From contig JALDZX010000011.1 in the NCBI GenBank assembly GCA_022813865.1, positions 434,001-498,000 on the forward strand: DNA of 64,000 bases. The letters are read 5' to 3'. A model generated the notes under the pieces. That model saw only the letters and a list, made by a program, of their open reading frames with translations, ran no database searches and was not told the origin of the DNA. The DNA is from Xylographa opegraphella (Eukaryota). Shown piece by piece: positions 60,091 to 64,000 of the stretch (position 1 is the first letter of the stretch; the number at the start of each line of letters is the position of its first letter). A program made the translations under genes and the position numbers.

Positions 60091-61157
60091 ACAATGGGAG
60101 GTGGTGAGCTATGACGATTCAGGAGACGGTAAGGTTTAGCGCTCGCCCTGCAGCTGCACGGTGGACTCGAGGGCGGGAAAGACGACGGAGGCATTCTGCT
60201 GCACTCGACAGCTGGCCATCTGTGAAGGAAGGAAGCACAGAATACGAAGTTAAGAAAAAGAGAGTGAAAGCAGTTCCCCTCCCGCCAGGTCGAGCAGGAT
60301 GGGGCAACAAGCAGCCACGCCCTAACTTCTAGACCTGCGGTGAATCGGCCTGTGCTTCAGAAATGCGTTCACGATACGGCCATGATTTGGTACTGTGCCA
60401 GACTCCCTCGTAGGCTGGGGGAAAGCCCGCAAACCTCCCAGGAACGGGCGGGCCCATGTGCTCCGATTTGGTGCTACGAGGGACCTGCAGACGTTCTGCC
60501 TGAGCAGGGGAAATGAACGCTGCCCGAGGATTGGCTCCTGCCCGTTGCTTATTTACCGTCCCAGCCCGGCATCCCTGGTATCGGGAGACAGTGTCGTCCC
60601 CGGGACATGGCTCTGCCACAGGCTAGTCGAGATAGTCGATGATTTTCTCCGTCCCACGCACGAATACAGACACCGACCCAGTTCATCCAGCCTGCTTGCC
60701 AGCGACGTGTTTGCCTTCCACGTTGTTTCATGACTGTCTGGAACAGCAACATGTCTGCTGTGACCGGGTAGCGTATATCAGTTCGCACGAGTCATGATGT
60801 CTTCACCAGAATACTTATTACCGTCACGGATAGGGGTCGCTTCCACATATCACACATCGGTTCGATGTGGAGTGAGGCTTCGGACTTAGACTCGGTTACG
60901 AGGCGATCTACTCCACCAGCTCTAATGGTCGCCTTGTTTCTATACTACCGGTTCTAGTGGTCGCCTTGCTGCGTCCCAAAGAGATGGCAGGGTCCGTTCC
61001 AACCTTGCTGGCCATCAAGGGAATCCCTTATACACACCACGCTTGTATGGCCCTAGATGCCCTAGACGCTTCCATATCTTCCATGCCTTTGCCGAGACTC
61101 CACGGTCCGTCGTTTTTCATTAATGACCCGATATTATTCTGCTGACGAGTCCTGTCA

Positions 61158-62681
61158 TCACAACTTTTTGCCCGCCCTCCCAGACGGCCTTGGTCCTACA
61201 GCCCTGCCCGTCCTTCCGGCAGTCCTGAGCTCGACCCGAACTTTCCGACCCAAGTAGCCTTCCAATACCTCCAACATCCTTGCAGCCACCTTGGCTGGCA
61301 GACTCATCACGCTCCACGCCGTTTGCGCTGGCAGGACTACCGCTGCACAAATCCAGTCAAGGAGGATGCCTGCGGAGCCCTGCTTCTGTTGGGAAGTACT
61401 TCGCTCGGCCGCTGCGGCCAGGGTGATGGCATCCGCCATTCGAGCCTCGAGATCTTGCAGGCGTGCTTCCGTCTGCATTGTCAATATTGTGGCGCGCTTC
61501 TCATAACGTCGGACAGCTCGGTTGAGAGCGTCTAGTTCAGGCTGCAGGCTCTTCCGGACTTCGGTAGATACTTGGCCAGTGTTGGAAGCGGACGAGTGTC
61601 CGTTCGATGGAAGGGCGGCAGATGTATCGGCAATGTGGGCTTCTAATTCGTCAAGCCGTTTACCAAGATCCTGAACCTTCTCCTTGTCAATCTTCTCTTC
61701 TTCGTATGGATTGCTATTCAAAGTACGTTGCAGATGAAGGGTACGAGACTGGACCATCTTGATAAGGTGGGACAACGGACGTAGTTCGGCACCAAGAAGA
61801 AAAATGGTCAGGTTGTAGTTTGATACGAGACCCTCGGAAGGACGAGAAAGTTGACCGCGGATGGCATGAAGAAGCCATGCTCCGATCATTGGGGAAATGA
61901 AACATGCAAAGAGTGCAGTTAGCTCATGCCAACGTAGTTCAGATTCTGCATCGTGATGAACGTCGGTCTGCCGTGACTTCGAAGCAGATGGTGGTAACTG
62001 AACAGGGTCAGATCCTTGTGCAGCCTCTTTGTTGCCCACTTCTCCCTCGCTCTCTTCCTCTATGATTGTGTCATTGTTGCCAGGATAGAAGTCGTCTGAG
62101 GCATGAGAATCTAGTAGCCGTATCCTCTGCGCTGAACAATACCAATCCCTAATTAATTTTAGCCTATGTTCCTTGACTTCTCTCAGGAAAACTCACCATG
62201 GAATCCTAACCGACCAGTTGAGAAATACGGCTGCCAATAGTAGCAGCGTGATGTCTGTCACCACAGCACTACCATTATTGAAGAACAGTCCACCTACGGC
62301 GGGTAACAATGCCAAAGCAAGAGGTGCAGAATGCCAATGCGAGGGTTCATGGTGAGTCTCTAGCCCGGAACTCTTTACCCTGGGCAACAGCAAGTCGTCG
62401 GTAGAAGACTTGAAGGACTGGCGAGCATCATCTACGGACTCAGTCATCGACGAACCGCGTCGGTTCCCAAGCGGAGAGCCCGGATCCGCGACAGTGGAGG
62501 CACGAGAGAGCAGCCGTTGCCGAAGAGGCGATCGACTGGCACGAGCTGAAGTCCTTGCATTGCTCACGCTGCTCCGCCGGTCCGATGGCGGGGCTTCATC
62601 CGCGGCCATGGTGGTTGTTGGCGTTGGCGAAGGCGAGGGGGGATCGAGCTGCAGACCAGCTGAAAGCCGTGACTGCATCAT
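61158..62681 (-). CDS. Conserved-type fungal membrane protein with a C-terminal coiled coil; 2 exons
   Basis: HWHSAPLALALLPAVGGLFF...LNWSVRIPW/DWY, LVSNYNLTIFLL.AELRP and ELDALNRAVRRYEKRAT; intron at about 62149-62196. Confidence 0.8.
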
Positions 62682-63152
62682 GGACGGCTTCGTGACGGGT
62701 AGTGACGCGACAATGAGTGAATGGACGCCAACGACGACCTTGCCATCCGAAAGGGTGGATCTAGACTCTTCATCATCGGCCGCGGTGTCGTGTGCCTGCC
62801 TCTAGTTTTCTTGGATTCCATCGATGGCTCAATCGCCGTGATTGGCGTGATTGGCCTCCGCCATCCCTTGTGCACGAGCGTTGTGCAAGAGCCCCTCGTA
62901 CAGCATGGATGCTGCATAACTTTATGTGCGCTCGCTTGGCCGCCTCCCGCTTTGGACATTCGGAAGCTCACACACTACTCGTCGTACAACTAAACACAAT
63001 ACTATCAACTCTTGCATGAGATATTCTAGGTGCGAGTCAAGGTGTCGGTTGTGCCCGTATACTGACAGCTTATACGCTGTCCTGGCTGCTGGGATCCCGA
63101 CGACTGCACAAGGACTTCCCGGCTCTCCGCGATGGATGGACTGCTTTATCTA

Positions 63153-63540
63153 CGCTGTGGCTATTGTGTGTCCTGACATGTTGTGCACTCATGCTAGATC
63201 CTTTTCATCTACGTTGTTTCTCTAGTGTAAATCGGACTGATCTTTGTGGCGCAGAAAGACTTCATTTCGTGTCGCTTGTTGTGCTTATTGTGTAGGGCTT
63301 ATTGAGCACCGAATTCGGCCTATTGATGCCACACCACCCCCGCTCGAGACATTTGACAATAGCAGGATCTCAGATTTCTCATCTTATATCTTCGCAAGCT
63401 TTATGTTTGCGTCAATAGCCGTTCCTAGCATGGATGTCCTCCTATTGATGGCCTATTGGATGTGATGGAGCTCCCGCTGTGGCTATTGACATGTATCATC
63501 TTGCCGTCGGTCTATTGACCCGCCTGTTGATGATGGCTAT
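63153..63540. promoter_or_regulatory. Cluster of CTATTG/CAATAG sites (candidate mating-type alpha-box/HMG binding array)
   Basis: Eight exact hexamers at 63161, 63320, 63357(rc), 63413(rc), 63442, 63453, 63483 and 63512, plus TTATTG and CTGTTG variants. Confidence 0.55.
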
Positions 63541-64000
63541 AGAACTTCAGCACCACCTCTTCCACTACTATTTCATCGTCTTTACTTCTGATCTTTCCTT
63601 CCTCCCTTCCTTCCTTCCTTCATCCACTTTGCTACCATCTGTCTTGCAAGGTCTCTCACAAGTCAAAATACATTACTTTCTTCAATAATCTTGTCTTTGA
63701 CCAGCCCTTCCGTCTCATCATACTTTGTCAGACAGCACAAGTTCCGCTGTTCTTTGTCTGAGTCTTGTGGTCATTTCAGAGTCAACCTGGTAAGCAGTCC
63801 CAACTGCATGTACCAATCTGCAATGTCAATTCAATGCACACTTTGTGGCTATGGAGCCAGAATCTGTCGGGCAACCTCATTAGATTCTCGAATCTATGGC
63901 AGCACTGATGCTAGACTTCCTCGCATCCTCACATATACTTCGACCAGAAGCCCCCAACTGTTGACGCCTGCTTAATTATCACTTCGTTGTCAGGATACTC

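Overview
Eukaryotic, intron-containing DNA from a filamentous ascomycete (Pezizomycotina; a lichen-forming Lecanoromycete-like genome is plausible but not provable here). The window is gene-dense and mostly housekeeping, with about 27 gene models. Recognisable genes are SLP1 (partial), LSG1, STE11, MRPL7, a CYLD-like USP with a CaaX tail, HEM1, RPA49, an amino-acid permease, a DUF1996/WSC protein, a sulfotransferase-like P-loop protein, a Myb-like protein, RPL41, MEK1, APM4, LSC1, ELP3, V-ATPase subunit f (RNASEK) and ERF4. There are also several secreted or orphan proteins, an SRPK-like kinase pseudogene and a frameshifted BTB-like gene. SLP1, RPL41 and the subunit f gene are not recoverable from the ORF track and were read by hand. 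No tRNA, rRNA, CRISPR array or intact transposon was found. The best leads are: a dense CTATTG site cluster (MAT1-1-type motif) at 63.15-63.54 kb; a Kex2-processed, His-rich, cecropin-like secreted peptide precursor; a 204-codon open frame with no AUG in any frame upstream of the first ERF4 AUG; the prenylated CYLD-like deubiquitinase; and a multi-stem non-coding element at 45.0-45.26 kb. All family calls come from manual motif recognition, not database searches.
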